Shown here in pieces: positions 29,517 to 40,070 of a stretch of DNA of 64,000 bases. A model generated the notes under the pieces. The model made no database searches and was not told where the DNA came from. It worked only from the letters and a program-made list of their open reading frames with translations. This stretch comes from Escherichia phage BYEP02, in sequence record OR757454.1; one strand, written 5' to 3'. The position numbers were made by a program, and so were the translations under genes. Each line of letters starts with the position of its first letter. Position 1 is the stretch's first letter.

Positions 29517-30002
29517 ATGATTACAGTAGATAAGTGGTTTAGAATTAATCGTGCTGATACAGGGCTGTGTAATTACTGGCCGGAACTTAGTGCAGGTACT
29601 GTCTTTAAAGTTCGTGAACTTGCAAAAGAATGTGAAGATGATATAGAGCCTGATACTGGAATTATTGAAATTGAACTTTCCGACGGAAAGATTATTAACA
29701 TCTATGATAAGCCAATTACGTATTGGTGCTTGTGGAATACTGAATCAGTAGAAAATGGCGAAATTGAAGAAGTTGTAGAGCGAACTAATCAAGTTGTTCA
29801 GAAGCCTAAAGCCGATTTTCAAGGTGAACGTATTTCATACGCATTAGCTAAATTAGCTGCACAAGAAAATAACGATGGTTATGAAGGAAATTTGATGCAA
29901 GCTGCGGCAGAATATATTGAATGGCTTGAAACTCAAATTTCTTTTTCTGACCAAAAGATTCGGCAATATAAGCGATTGAATCAAATGTTTTACAATACTT
30001 GA
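29517..30002 (+). CDS. pin: Pin-like protein (protease inhibitor), by position between nrdC and 49
   Basis: 161 aa ORF in the T4 pin position; identity not confirmed by motif. Confidence 0.55.
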   Translation: MITVDKWFRINRADTGLCNYWPELSAGTVFKVRELAKECEDDIEPDTGIIEIELSDGKIINIYDKPITYWCLWNTESVENGEIEEVVERTNQVVQKPKADFQGERISYALAKLAAQENNDGYEGNLMQAAAEYIEWLETQISFSDQKIRQYKRLNQMFYNT

Positions 30003-30086
30003 AAATAATGCTGCGGCAGAATATATTGAATGGCTTGAAACTCAAATTTCTTTTTCTGACCGAGCGTTTTAATACTTGAAAATAAT
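29901..30086. repeat. imperfect direct repeat: 109-bp unit (29901-30009) then 77-bp variant unit (30010-30086) sharing a 52-bp identical core
   Basis: Second unit looks like the first with a ~32-bp internal deletion. Confidence 0.8.
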
Positions 30087-30121
30087 AAATACCCTTATCT
30101 ATTTAAGGTAAGGGTTTTATT

Positions 30122-30672
30122 ATGTTATTGACTGGCAAATTATACAAAGAAGAAAAACAGAAATTTTATGATGCACAAAACGGTAAATGCTTAATTTGCC
30201 AACGAGAACTAAATCCTGATGTTCAAGCTAATCACCTTGACCATGACCATGAATTAAATGGACCGAAAGCTGGAAAGGTGCGTGGATTGCTCTGTAATCT
30301 TTGCAATGCTGCGGAAGGTCAAATGAAGCATAAATTTAATCGTTCTGGCTTAAAGGGACAAGGTGTTGATTATCTTGAATGGTTAGAAAATTTACTTACT
30401 TATTTAAAATCCGATTACACCCAAAATAATATTCACCCTAACTTTGTTGGAGATAAATCAAAGGAATTTTCTCGTTTAGGAAAAGAGGAAATGATGGCTG
30501 AGATGCTTCAAAGAGGATTTGAATATAATGAATCTGACACGAATTTTCTCGTTTAGGAAAAGAGGAAATGATGGCCGAGATGCTTCAAAGAGGATTTGAA
30601 TATAATGAATCTGACACAAAAACACAGTTAATAGCTTCATTCAAGAAGCAGCTTAGAAAGAGTTTAAAATGA
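30122..30672 (+). CDS. 49: endonuclease VII (Holliday-junction resolvase), frameshifted by a 77-bp duplication
   Basis: Translation MLLTGKLYKEEKQKFYDAQNGKCLICQREL... matches T4 gp49; 157 aa after removing 77 nt. Confidence 0.9.
30464..30617. repeat. 77-bp tandem duplication (30464-30540 / 30541-30617), 1 mismatch, inside gene 49
   Basis: Read directly. Confidence 0.9.
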
Positions 30673-32563
30673 CAATTGAAAAAGAAATTGAAGGATTGAT
30701 TCATAAAACTAATAAAGACCTTTTGAACGAGAATGCTAATAAAGATTCTCGTGTTTTTCCAACTCAACGGGACCTTATGGCTGGTATTGTGTCTAAACAC
30801 ATTGCCAAAAATATGGTCCCGTCTTTTATTATGAAAGCGCATGAAAGCGGAATTATTCATTTCCATGATATTGATTATTCCCCTGCTCTTCCATTTACTA
30901 ATTGCTGTTTAGTAGATTTAAAAGGAATGCTTGAGAACGGATTTAAGCTTGGTAATGCACAGATTGAAACTCCTAAATCAATTGGCGTTGCTACTGCAAT
31001 TATGGCACAAATTACTGCACAGGTTGCTTCCCATCAATATGGCGGAACGACTTTTGCGAATGTAGATAAAGTACTTTCTCCTTATGTTAAACGCACATAT
31101 GCAAAACATATTGAGGATGCAGAAAAATGGCAAATCGCTGATGCGTTGAATTATGCTCAATCTAAAACAGAAAAAGACGTATACGATGCATTCCAAGCTT
31201 ATGAATATGAAGTAAATACTCTCTTTAGTTCAAACGGGCAAACACCTTTTGTAACAATTACATTTGGTACGGGAACTGACTGGACTGAACGAATGATTCA
31301 GAAAGCAATTCTGAAAAATCGTATTAAAGGTCTTGGTCGTGATGGGATAACTCCTATTTTCCCTAAGCTTGTTATGTTTGTTGAAGAAGGTGTTAATCTT
31401 TACAAAGACGATCCGAACTATGATATTAAGCAGCTTGCTCTAGAGTGTGCAAGCAAAAGGATGTATCCTGATATTATTTCAGCTAAGAACAATAAAGCTA
31501 TCACTGGTTCATCTATTCCTGTTTCTCCAATGGGATGCCGTAGTTTCTTGAGCGTATGGAAAGATTCGACTGGCAATGAAATTCTTGATGGACGTAATAA
31601 TCTTGGTGTTGTAACACTGAATCTTCCTCGCATCGCGTTAGATTCTTATATTGGAACACAGTTCAATGAACAGAAATTTGTTGAATTATTCAATGAACGA
31701 ATGGATTTGTGTTTTGAAGCTTTGATGTGTAGAATTAGTTCCTTAAAAGGAGTTAAAGCTACTGTTGCTCCTATTCTTTACCAAGAAGGTGCATTCGGGG
31801 TTCGTCTTAAACCTGATGACGATATAATTGAGTTATTTAAAAACGGTAGAAGTTCAGTCAAGAAGGTGCATTCGGGGTTCGTCTTAAACCTGATGACGAC
31901 ATAATTGAGTTATTTAAAAACGGTAGAAGTTCAGTGTCCTTAGGATACATTGGTATTCACGAATTGAATATTCTTGTCGGTCGTGATATTGGACAAGAAA
32001 TTTTAACTAAGATGAATGCTCATCTTAAACAGTGGACCGAAAGAACCGGTTTTGCTTTTAGCTTGTATTCTACTCCTGCTGAAAACCTTTGCTATCGCTT
32101 CTGTAAACTTGATACTGAAAAATATGGAAGCGTAAAAGATGTTACTGATAAAGGTTGGTACACTAATAGTTTCCATGTTTCAGTAGAAGAAAATATCACT
32201 CCGTTTGAAAAGATTTCTCGTGAAGCACCATATCATTTCATTGCGACAGGTGGTCACATTTCTTATGTTGAACTTCCTGATATGAAAAATAACCTAAAAG
32301 GTCTTGAGGCTGTATGGGATTATGCTGCACAACATTTAGATTATTTTGGTGTTAACATGCCAGTAGATAAATGTTTTACGTGTGGAAGCACTCATGAAAT
32401 GACTCCTACTGAAAACGGATTTGTTTGTTCTATTTGTGGAGAAACTGATCCTAAAAAGATGAACACAATAAGAAGAACATGCGGCTATCTTGGAAACCCG
32501 AACGAACGCGGATTTAATCTCGGCAAAAATAAAGAAATCATGCATAGGGTTAAACACCAATGA
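30669..32563 (+). CDS. nrdD: anaerobic ribonucleotide reductase NrdD, frameshifted by a 77-bp duplication; no intron
   Basis: 605 aa after removing 77 nt; both halves read as T4 NrdD. Confidence 0.9.
31782..31935. repeat. 77-bp tandem duplication (31782-31858 / 31859-31935), 1 mismatch, inside nrdD
   Basis: Read directly. Confidence 0.9.
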
Positions 32564-33030
32564 ATTATGATAGATTTTATCCTTGCGATTTTATTAATGG
32601 TCCTGGCTGCAGGACCGTTCTTTTCGTTACAGGTTGTTTGCATAAATGTGAAGGGTGTTATAATAAATCAACATGGAATGCTAGAAATGGTATTCCATTC
32701 ACTGGTGAAACACTAGAGCAATTAATTGAATGTTTGAATAATGATTATATAGAAGGATTGACTATAACTGGAGGTGACCCTCTCTATCCTGATAACCGAG
32801 ATGTTATTCATTGCATTGTTCAAACAGTAAAAAATCTTTATCCCAATAAAAGCATTTGGTTGTGGACAGGATATAAGTTTGAAGATATTAAACAACTAGA
32901 AATGCTTAAATATGTTGATGTTATTATTGATGGGAAGTATGAGAAAAATCTTCCGACCAAAAAGCTGTGGCGAGGTTCAGATAATCAGCGACTTTGGTCA
33001 AATACCGATGGGGTGTGGAAACATGATTAA
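32560..33030 (+). CDS. nrdG: anaerobic RNR activating enzyme NrdG (radical SAM)
   Basis: Cys cluster CLHKCEGC; ATGA overlap with nrdD stop; 156 aa. Confidence 0.9.
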   Translation: MNYDRFYPCDFINGPGCRTVLFVTGCLHKCEGCYNKSTWNARNGIPFTGETLEQLIECLNNDYIEGLTITGGDPLYPDNRDVIHCIVQTVKNLYPNKSIWLWTGYKFEDIKQLEMLKYVDVIIDGKYEKNLPTKKLWRGSDNQRLWSNTDGVWKHD

Positions 33031-33144
33031 ACTGAATTATATTATTGATACTATAAATGATATGATTTTTCATTTTGGTCCAGAATTTTATTCGCAGTAT
33101 AGTTTAGTACTTATCAATGCTTGGTTAATCAATTAAGGGTAAAT

Positions 33145-33434
33145 ATGTATAAATTTCGTAAAGGTTTAGCTGATTTTCTTACAACTGTAACGTTCTTTTT
33201 GTTTATGGCAGTTGGAGCTATTTTCCTTATTCCTTTTATTGCTATATTTTTCGTGATTAGCTTAATTTCTCCAGAAAAAGGCTTATCTTCTAGGCTATTT
33301 TCCTTATTCCTTTTATTGCTATATTTTTCGTGATTAGTTTGATTTCTCCAGAAAAGGGCTTATCTTCTAGTGAGTTCAATGAGCGTCTGGATAAAATTAC
33401 TAACAAGCTGAATGCTGCTCTTAGTAAGGAATAG
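33145..33434 (+). CDS. small membrane protein, frameshifted by a 77-bp duplication
   Basis: 71 codons after removing 77 nt. Confidence 0.45.
33218..33371. repeat. 77-bp tandem duplication (33218-33294 / 33295-33371), 3 mismatches
   Basis: Read directly. Confidence 0.9.
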
Positions 33435-33436
33435 TT

Positions 33437-33745
33437 GTGAAACAAAATAAGATTGAAGTCTATGGAATTCCAGATGAAGTTGGTCGTTGTCCTGGATGTC
33501 AATCAGTTACAAAACTTCTAAAGGAGCTCAATGCTCCTTTTACTTTCTATAAAGTTCTTACAAATAATGGTAAGATTGAGTATGATCGTCCACTGATTGT
33601 ATCTCTTGCTAAACGCGCTGGATTCACATCTCTTAACATTCGTTATCCAGTCATTTTCATCAATGATTCCAGACAAAAGAACATTAAACACTTCAAAGAA
33701 ACTCTCATTTCACTTGGATATGATAGAGATATCATAGAAGACTAA
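33437..33745 (+). CDS. nrdH: glutaredoxin-like NrdH
   Basis: CPGC active site; GTG start; 102 aa. Confidence 0.8.
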   Translation: MKQNKIEVYGIPDEVGRCPGCQSVTKLLKELNAPFTFYKVLTNNGKIEYDRPLIVSLAKRAGFTSLNIRYPVIFINDSRQKNIKHFKETLISLGYDRDIIED

Positions 33746-33843
33746 GACGGGCCCTCTGGGCCTTTCTTTCTCGCATTCTGTATATTACCATTCTAAGCTA
33801 TCGTTCCTTTCTTATCATTCCCTAAAATAATTTTCACAAAGTT

Positions 33844-33873
33844 GTTTACAACGAGCTCAAACTGTGGTATTAT
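33844..33873 (+). promoter_or_regulatory. T4 early-type promoter (GTTTAC, 18 nt, TATTAT)
   Basis: Consensus motifs. Confidence 0.55.
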
Positions 33874-33903
33874 TAACATATGAATTGCCTTTGAGGAATT
33901 GAT

Positions 33904-34086
33904 ATGGTTATGGTTGATAAAGAAATTAAAAAGGGACAGTATTATCTCATTAATGGTAATGCTGTTCGTGTTACTCATGTAAATAGTTTTGAAGTTTGCT
34001 ATATTATACTCAAGTTACATAAACGCATGATTTGTGATCGTGCTGTATTTAGTTCAGTTGCTAAGGAAATTAAACTCCATGGGTAA
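33904..34086 (+). CDS. hypothetical protein (60 aa)
   Basis: ATG after GAGGAA RBS. Confidence 0.4.
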   Translation: MVMVDKEIKKGQYYLINGNAVRVTHVNSFEVCYIILKLHKRMICDRAVFSSVAKEIKLHG

Positions 34087-34372
34087 AACGTATCGTCGTA
34101 AAGACTTAAAAGTGCGTGATTATGACTATTTCGGAAAGCGTAAAGCTCCTGATGGGGTAAGTCATAAAGATATGGTTGAAAACATTTTTCGCTCAGATAA
34201 ATGGCGTAGAATGAAAGGCATTGATTCAGAAGTTAAAGATGAGCTAAATCGTCAATTACGCGGTGAAGTAAGAAAGTTGAAAAAATCAGTTTACATTGAC
34301 GATGATTTTGATTACAATACTTCTCAACGAGTTGCTAAGCGTAAATCAAACGAGTGCTATCGTTACAGCTGA
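34079..34372 (+). CDS. hypothetical basic protein (97 aa)
   Basis: ATG overlapping upstream 3' end. Confidence 0.45.
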   Translation: MGKTYRRKDLKVRDYDYFGKRKAPDGVSHKDMVENIFRSDKWRRMKGIDSEVKDELNRQLRGEVRKLKKSVYIDDDFDYNTSQRVAKRKSNECYRYS

Positions 34373-34379
34373 GGAAAAT

Positions 34380-34511
34380 ATGAATATCAAACGCATGCTT
34401 TTTAAACAAGGATTATACACTTTAAATATTGCTCCAAAAGGCGATACGACCAAGTGGTCAGTAAATGACTGGATTAAATTTATTGATGAAAACGGTAACT
34501 GGAAAATTTAA
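34380..34511 (+). CDS. hypothetical small protein (43 aa)
   Basis: ATG with GAGGAAAA RBS. Confidence 0.35.
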   Translation: MNIKRMLFKQGLYTLNIAPKGDTTKWSVNDWIKFIDENGNWKI

Positions 34512-34712
34512 ATGAATCCTGAATCTAAATTATCACAACGAATTGCCGAAGCTCGTCGTCAGTTCTTTGAAAATATGATAGCCCAAGGTATTGATGACGA
34601 AGTTTTTCTGAACTGGTTTTGGAATCACAAATATTCAAGTTGCTCAGGAGCAATATTAATATCAGCCGCAATGATGTACGAAGGCTGGAAGGGTGCCAAA
34701 AAGTTTAGCTAA
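34512..34712 (+). CDS. hypothetical protein (66 aa)
   Basis: ATG directly after upstream stop. Confidence 0.45.
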   Translation: MNPESKLSQRIAEARRQFFENMIAQGIDDEVFLNWFWNHKYSSCSGAILISAAMMYEGWKGAKKFS

Positions 34713-34729
34713 GGGCTTCGGCCCTTTTT
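34712..34729 (+). terminator. intrinsic terminator, UUCG tetraloop
   Basis: agggcttcggccct followed by ttttt. Confidence 0.65.
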
Positions 34730-34764
34730 GGATAATAAAATTTTAACGTAATTGAGGATAATGT

Positions 34765-35091
34765 ATGACTATTCAAATTAAAAACGTCATTAATTCTTAC
34801 GCATATGATAAAGTAGTTTCTTTGCTAGAAAAAGGCGATATTGTAACTCCTCAAATTTTGGATAAATGGGAAAAAGAGCTTCATCAAATGATGAAACAGA
34901 ATGATCAGAAGATTGGACGCAATACTGTCCGTGAATTGTTGGTTCAATATATCTTGTCAGAATTTGATGTTAAAGTTTTTGGTGTAGAATCTAAAGCTTA
35001 TCAAAAGCATGAAATTTCCGATAAAACTATTCGTCGCATGAAAAATCAACGCAAGAAAAAATTTGCAGACCGGAAAATTGCTAAGGTATAA
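34765..35091 (+). CDS. hypothetical protein (108 aa)
   Basis: ATG with GAGGA RBS. Confidence 0.5.
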   Translation: MTIQIKNVINSYAYDKVVSLLEKGDIVTPQILDKWEKELHQMMKQNDQKIGRNTVRELLVQYILSEFDVKVFGVESKAYQKHEISDKTIRRMKNQRKKKFADRKIAKV

Positions 35092-35093
35092 TT

Positions 35094-35309
35094 ATGAACG
35101 AAGCTCTTATTAACGATTTGCGTCTTGCTGGATATGAAGTAAATACAAATGGCATTGGTTTAACTCAAATTGAAGGAAATGGATTCATCCTTGAGTATGA
35201 ATTTAGCCAATGGTGGTTATACGCTAATTACGGCGAATTGATTGAATACGTTGACCAATTTGATTCACTAGATGCAGCTCTTGAAGCGGCTAAGTTGATG
35301 AATGCATGA
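35094..35309 (+). CDS. hypothetical acidic protein (71 aa)
   Basis: ATG 3 nt after upstream stop. Confidence 0.45.
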   Translation: MNEALINDLRLAGYEVNTNGIGLTQIEGNGFILEYEFSQWWLYANYGELIEYVDQFDSLDAALEAAKLMNA

Positions 35310-35575
35310 AATTAATTAATATTTCTATTGCTATTGAAAATTTTGGTATTTTCTATGTTGACCAATACATGAAAATTTCATTTTTCCCAAATAAGATTGG
35401 TGTTGGATATTGGGAAAGCCATGTTTCTGAATTAAATGAAAGTAAATATTCTAACACCCATAAAAAGTTTTTAGACTTTTTATATCGTGCTGATATTAAT
35501 GATCATTACATAGATATTCATGAATTTAAAAAGATGATGGAGAAAGTATTCCAAGCATACTGTTTACTTAGATAA
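35306..35575 (+). CDS. hypothetical protein (89 aa)
   Basis: ATGA overlap. Confidence 0.45.
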   Translation: MKLINISIAIENFGIFYVDQYMKISFFPNKIGVGYWESHVSELNESKYSNTHKKFLDFLYRADINDHYIDIHEFKKMMEKVFQAYCLLR

Positions 35576-35653
35576 CTGATATCCTCTATGCTTTAAGATA
35601 GATCTTCAAATATTATGATATAATAGATCTATGAATTGAGCTAAGAGGTGAAA

Positions 35654-36211
35654 ATGTCAGAAACTAAGCCTAAATATAATTACGTAAACAATAAAGAGCT
35701 TTTACAAGCTATTATTGATTGGAAAACAGAATTAGCAAATAATAAAGACCCAAATAAAGTAGTTCGTCAGAATGATACTATCGGATTAGCCATTATGCTT
35801 ATTGCAGAAGGCTTATCTAAACGTTTCAACTTTTCAGGATACACCCAATCCTGGAAACAAGAAATGATTGCAGATGGTATAGAAGCTTCTATTAAGGGGC
35901 TTCATAATTTTGACGAAACGAAATATAAAAACCCACATGCATATATAACTCAAGCTTGTTTTAATGCATTCGTCCAACGTATTAAAAAAGAACGTAAGGA
36001 AGTTGCAAAGAAATATAGTTACTTCGTTCACAATGTCTATGACAGTCGTGACGACGATATGGTTGCGTTAGTAGATGAAACTTTTATTCAAGACATCTAC
36101 GATAAAATGACGCATTACGAAGAATCAACCTATAGAACACCGGGGGCTGAAAAGAAAAGTGTTGTAGACGATTCTCCTAGTTTGGATTTTTTATATGAGG
36201 CTAACGATTAA
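35654..36211 (+). CDS. 55: late-transcription sigma factor gp55
   Basis: Translation [24 protein letters not shown]... matches T4 gp55; 185 aa. Confidence 0.9.
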
Positions 36212-36413
36212 CCTCTCCGGATTCTTGGAAGAAATACCTGAAGTTGAAGCTATTCCCTATTTACTTAAAATGTATCTCAGGGAAGTTTTAGCTCTTGACA
36301 TTGATATTGATCCAGAAAATCCGTATGATACCGCTTTTAAATCTAATGGTGTAGAATTAAACTATCGGTATCATTTAACAGATGATGATTTTTATTTTAT
36401 ATTAGAGAAATAA
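36195..36413 (+). CDS. hypothetical protein (72 aa)
   Basis: Overlaps gp55 3' end. Confidence 0.45.
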
Positions 36414-36414
36414 T

Positions 36415-36732
36415 ATGACTGATAAACCCGAAATTAATGATGAAGTGGAAAAGCTTATTTCTTCTATTGAAGAAAAGAACCGTCTTGAAGCAGAAAGAAA
36501 AGCAAATAAGTTATTGTCTAAAAATAAACGCGAACTGAACCGTCTTTATAAGCACGCTCAGATTGCAGCTGAAAATAATAATTTTGCTCAATACGAATAT
36601 GCTATCAAGAAAAGTCGGGATATTCTAAAACAGCCATATAACGATGAACTCATTAGTATTCTTTGGAAGACTACTAGATCGCAGATTGAGGATATGATTG
36701 ATGCTTACACACGTAAAATTCAAGCGTCTTAA
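36415..36732 (+). CDS. hypothetical coiled-coil protein (105 aa)
   Basis: ATG 2 nt after upstream stop. Confidence 0.5.
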   Translation: MTDKPEINDEVEKLISSIEEKNRLEAERKANKLLSKNKRELNRLYKHAQIAAENNNFAQYEYAIKKSRDILKQPYNDELISILWKTTRSQIEDMIDAYTRKIQAS

Positions 36733-36904
36733 AATTAATGCAGGATTTACTGAATCTTTGAATGGTCATCTTTGTGTGAAAATTTCTGAAAAAGAATACC
36801 ATGATAGTTCAATTAAAGAAGTTAATCCTCCTATTGTAAGAGCAGACCCTAATATGAAAGTGTGGGTTGATTCTTATCAAGTCAAAAAATGGTGGCAACT
36901 GTGA
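36701..36904 (+). CDS. hypothetical protein (67 aa)
   Basis: ATG overlapping upstream 3' end. Confidence 0.45.
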   Translation: MLTHVKFKRLKINAGFTESLNGHLCVKISEKEYHDSSIKEVNPPIVRADPNMKVWVDSYQVKKWWQL

Positions 36905-37049
36905 AAGATGAACACCCAGACTTCTGAAATAGATTATAATAAAATTCGTTCCTCTAAAGTAGAAATGATGAGCAACTGTGAAAGATGAACGCCCAGACTT
37001 GTGAAATAGATTATAATAAAATTCGTTCCTCTAAAGAGGAAATGATGAG
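36896..37049. repeat. 77-bp tandem duplication (36896-36972 / 36973-37049), 4 mismatches
   Basis: Read directly. Confidence 0.9.
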
Positions 37050-37157
37050 ACGCTTTAAAGAGTCTCATGATAAAGCTAAAGCAGAAGGAACTATAACATA
37101 TAAGCGCATAAAATTTAAAAGTTCTAATGAGCCTCTGTATGGCGTATTATGCGGATA

Positions 37158-37175
37158 GGAGCTTCGGCTCCTATA
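37158..37175 (+). terminator. UUCG tetraloop hairpin, weak T-tract
   Basis: ggagcttcggctcc. Confidence 0.45.
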
Positions 37176-37224
37176 TTGCTTTATAAATTTTTGATAAAAT
37201 AAACCAAAACAAAGAGGATATTAA

Positions 37225-38427
37225 ATGAAAGTATGTATTTTTATGGCTCGAGGTCTTGAAGGTTGTGGTGTAACTAAATTTTCTCTTGAGCAACGTGATT
37301 GGTTTATTAAGAATGGTCATGAAGTAACTTTGGTTTATGCTAAAGATAAATCATTTACTCGTACAAGTTCTCATGACCACAAATCATTTTCAATTCCAGT
37401 TATTTTAGCTAAAGAATACGATAAAGCACTTAAGCTGGTAAATGATTGTGATATTCTAATTATTAATTCTGTTCCTGCTACTTCCGTTCAAGAAGCCACG
37501 ATTAATAACTATAAAAAACTTTTAGATAATATTAAACCTTCTATTCGTGTTGTAGTTTATCAGCATGATCATTCTGTTCTTTCTTTGCGTCGAAATTTGG
37601 GATTAGAAGAAACTGTTCGTCGAGCTGATGTTATTTTTAGCCATTCTGATAATGGTGACTTTAATAAAGTTTTGATGAAAGAATGGTATCCGGAAACTGT
37701 TTCTCTGTTTGATGATATTGAAGAAGCACCGACCGTATATAACTTTCAGCCTCCTATGGATATTGCGAAAGTTCGATCAACCTACTGGAAAGATGTTTCT
37801 GAAATTAACATGAATATCAATCGTTGGATTGGTCGTACGACTACATGGAAAGGTTTTTACCAGATGTTTGATTTTCACGAAAAATTCTTAAAACCTGCTG
37901 GTAAATCCACTGTAATGGAAGGTCTTGAACGTTCCCCTGCTTTTATTGCAATTAAGGAAAAAGGTATTCCGTATGAATATTACGGTAATCGTGAGATCGA
38001 TAAAATGAATCTCACGCCGAATCAACCGGCACAAATCCTAGATTGTTATATTAATAGTGAAATGCTTGAACGAATGAGTAAATCTGGCTTTGGATATCAG
38101 TTGAGTAAACTTAACCAGAAATACTTACAACGCTCACTAGAATATACTCATCTTGAATTAGGTGCTTGCGGTACAATTCCTGTTTTCTGGAAATCTACTG
38201 GCGAAAATTTAAAATTCCGTGTTGATAATACTCCTTTGACCTCGCATGATAGCGGTATCATTTGGTTTGATGAAAATGACATGGAATCAACATTCGAGCG
38301 TATTAAAGAACTGTCATCTGACCGAGCTCTTTATGACCGTGAGCGAGAAAAAGCATATGAATTTTTGTATCAGCATCAAGATTCAAGCTTCTGCTTTAAA
38401 GAACAGTTTGACATTATTACAAAATAA
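37225..38427 (+). CDS. a-gt: DNA alpha-glucosyltransferase
   Basis: 400 aa; translation MKVCIFMARGLEGCGVTKFSLEQRDWF... matches T4 alpha-gt. Confidence 0.9.
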   Translation: MKVCIFMARGLEGCGVTKFSLEQRDWFIKNGHEVTLVYAKDKSFTRTSSHDHKSFSIPVILAKEYDKALKLVNDCDILIINSVPATSVQEATINNYKKLLDNIKPSIRVVVYQHDHSVLSLRRNLGLEETVRRADVIFSHSDNGDFNKVLMKEWYPETVSLFDDIEEAPTVYNFQPPMDIAKVRSTYWKDVSEINMNINRWIGRTTTWKGFYQMFDFHEKFLKPAGKSTVMEGLERSPAFIAIKEKGIPYEYYGNREIDKMNLTPNQPAQILDCYINSEMLERMSKSGFGYQLSKLNQKYLQRSLEYTHLELGACGTIPVFWKSTGENLKFRVDNTPLTSHDSGIIWFDENDMESTFERIKELSSDRALYDREREKAYEFLYQHQDSSFCFKEQFDIITK

Positions 38428-38445
38428 AGGGCTTCGGCCCTTTAG
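38428..38445 (+). terminator. intrinsic terminator, UUCG tetraloop
   Basis: agggcttcggccct followed by tt. Confidence 0.6.
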
Positions 38446-38466
38446 CTTTATACGGAGTTTGATATA

Positions 38467-38607
38467 ATGATATTTCTTGGATATGTGATACTTTTTCTTG
38501 CATTTTATCTATTCACTAGAGCATGTTGGATTGGGTTCTTTAGCACTCCAGATGGATTTATTTCAATAATTTTATTTTGCATTTCAATGACGGTTCTTGA
38601 TATATGA
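38467..38607 (+). CDS. possible small membrane protein (46 aa)
   Basis: Hydrophobic ORF overlapping gene 47 start; not in supplied ORF track. Confidence 0.3.
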   Translation: MIFLGYVILFLAFYLFTRACWIGFFSTPDGFISIILFCISMTVLDI

Positions 38608-39623
38608 AAATTTTAAATTTAGGTGATTGGCATTTAGGCGTTAAAGCTGATGATGAGTGGATTCGCGGTATTCAAATTGATGGAATTAAGCAAGCGATAG
38701 AATATTCTAAGAAAAACGGAATTACTGTATGGATTCAATATGGTGATATTTTTGATGTGCGAAAAGCGATCACGCATAAAACTATGGAGTTTGCTCGCGA
38801 AATAGTTCAAATGCTTGATGACGTTGGAATCACATTACATACTATTGTAGGAAATCACGATCTCCACTATAAAAATGTAATGCATCCAAATGCTTCTACT
38901 GAGCTTTTGGCTAAATACCCTAATGTTAAAGTATATGATAAGCCTACTACAGTAGATTTTGACGGATGTTTGATTGATTTAATTCCTTGGATGTGTGAAG
39001 AAAATACCGGTGAAATTCTTGAACATATTAAAACTTCATCTGCTTCTTTTTGTGTCGGTCACTGGGAACTGAATGGATTTTATTTTTATAAAGGAATGAA
39101 ATCTCACGGTCTTGAACCTGATTTCCTTAAGACTTACAAAGAAGTGTGGTCTGGTCACTTCCATACTATCTCTGAGGCTGCTAACGTTAGATATATTGGG
39201 ACACCATGGACACTAACTGCAGGTGACGAGAATGACCCTCGCGGGTTCTGGATGTTTGATACAGAAACAGAACGAATGGAATTTATTCCAAACAACACTA
39301 CCTGGCATCGTCGAATTCAATATCCATTTAAGGGAAAAATTGACTATAAAGATTTTACAAATCTATCAGTACGTGTTATAGTAACTGAGGTAGACAAAAA
39401 TCTGACGAAGTTCGAATCTGAACTAGAAAAAGTTGTGCATTCATTACGAGTTGTGTCAAAGATTGATAACTCTGTCGAGTCAGATGATAGTGAAGAAGTT
39501 GAAGTTCAATCTCTTCAGACGTTGATGGAAGAATACATTAATGCAATTCCAGACATCACTGATTCTGACCGCGAAGCACTTATTCAATATGCAAATCAGT
39601 TATATGTAGAGGCAACACAATGA
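38604..39623 (+). CDS. 47: recombination nuclease gp47 (Mre11-like)
   Basis: 339 aa; phosphoesterase motifs LGDWH and GNHD. Confidence 0.9.
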   Translation: MKILNLGDWHLGVKADDEWIRGIQIDGIKQAIEYSKKNGITVWIQYGDIFDVRKAITHKTMEFAREIVQMLDDVGITLHTIVGNHDLHYKNVMHPNASTELLAKYPNVKVYDKPTTVDFDGCLIDLIPWMCEENTGEILEHIKTSSASFCVGHWELNGFYFYKGMKSHGLEPDFLKTYKEVWSGHFHTISEAANVRYIGTPWTLTAGDENDPRGFWMFDTETERMEFIPNNTTWHRRIQYPFKGKIDYKDFTNLSVRVIVTEVDKNLTKFESELEKVVHSLRVVSKIDNSVESDDSEEVEVQSLQTLMEEYINAIPDITDSDREALIQYANQLYVEATQ

Positions 39624-39883
39624 CTTTTGATGAATTTAAAAATGTTATGATGAGTCAGCATTTTGAATGCGAAGTAAAAGATGATATTGGGCATAAAGAA
39701 ATTATTGAATACTGGTTTGAACCACTAGAGGTTGAAGATAATTGTATTAAAAAGGTCACAGTCTGCACTGACTGGGCTGTATCTTTTAACTTCAACATTT
39801 TAGATAATGACACACCTAAATCATTACAAGATATGGCTGTATCTTGTATTAAGGATGCATACTGTGAAGTTTTCGACATTTGA
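39620..39883 (+). CDS. hypothetical protein (87 aa)
   Basis: ATGA overlap with gene 47 stop. Confidence 0.5.
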   Translation: MTFDEFKNVMMSQHFECEVKDDIGHKEIIEYWFEPLEVEDNCIKKVTVCTDWAVSFNFNILDNDTPKSLQDMAVSCIKDAYCEVFDI

Positions 39884-40070
39884 CATTAACGATGAATTCA
39901 TAGCAAATATTGAATACACCGAAGAAGATTCTAGATATGTTGGAATAATTTATATCACATCAAAAGCAGCACAAGGTGTTGTTTGCATGGCTGAATTTGA
40001 TGAATACTTTTTAGATTATGATGATATGATAGAATGGTCTAAAAGATACATTAAAAGGAATCTTTTGTGA
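39855..40070 (+). CDS. hypothetical protein (71 aa); start uncertain (ATG 39855 or GTG 39864)
   Basis: ORF ending at gene 46 start. Confidence 0.4.
   Translation: MHTVKFSTFDINDEFIANIEYTEEDSRYVGIIYITSKAAQGVVCMAEFDEYFLDYDDMIEWSKRYIKRNLL

Noticed and set aside
30669-32563. Group I intron in nrdD, as in T4
   Set aside because: The coding frame is continuous apart from the 77-bp duplicate; no intron-sized interruption or embedded endonuclease ORF.
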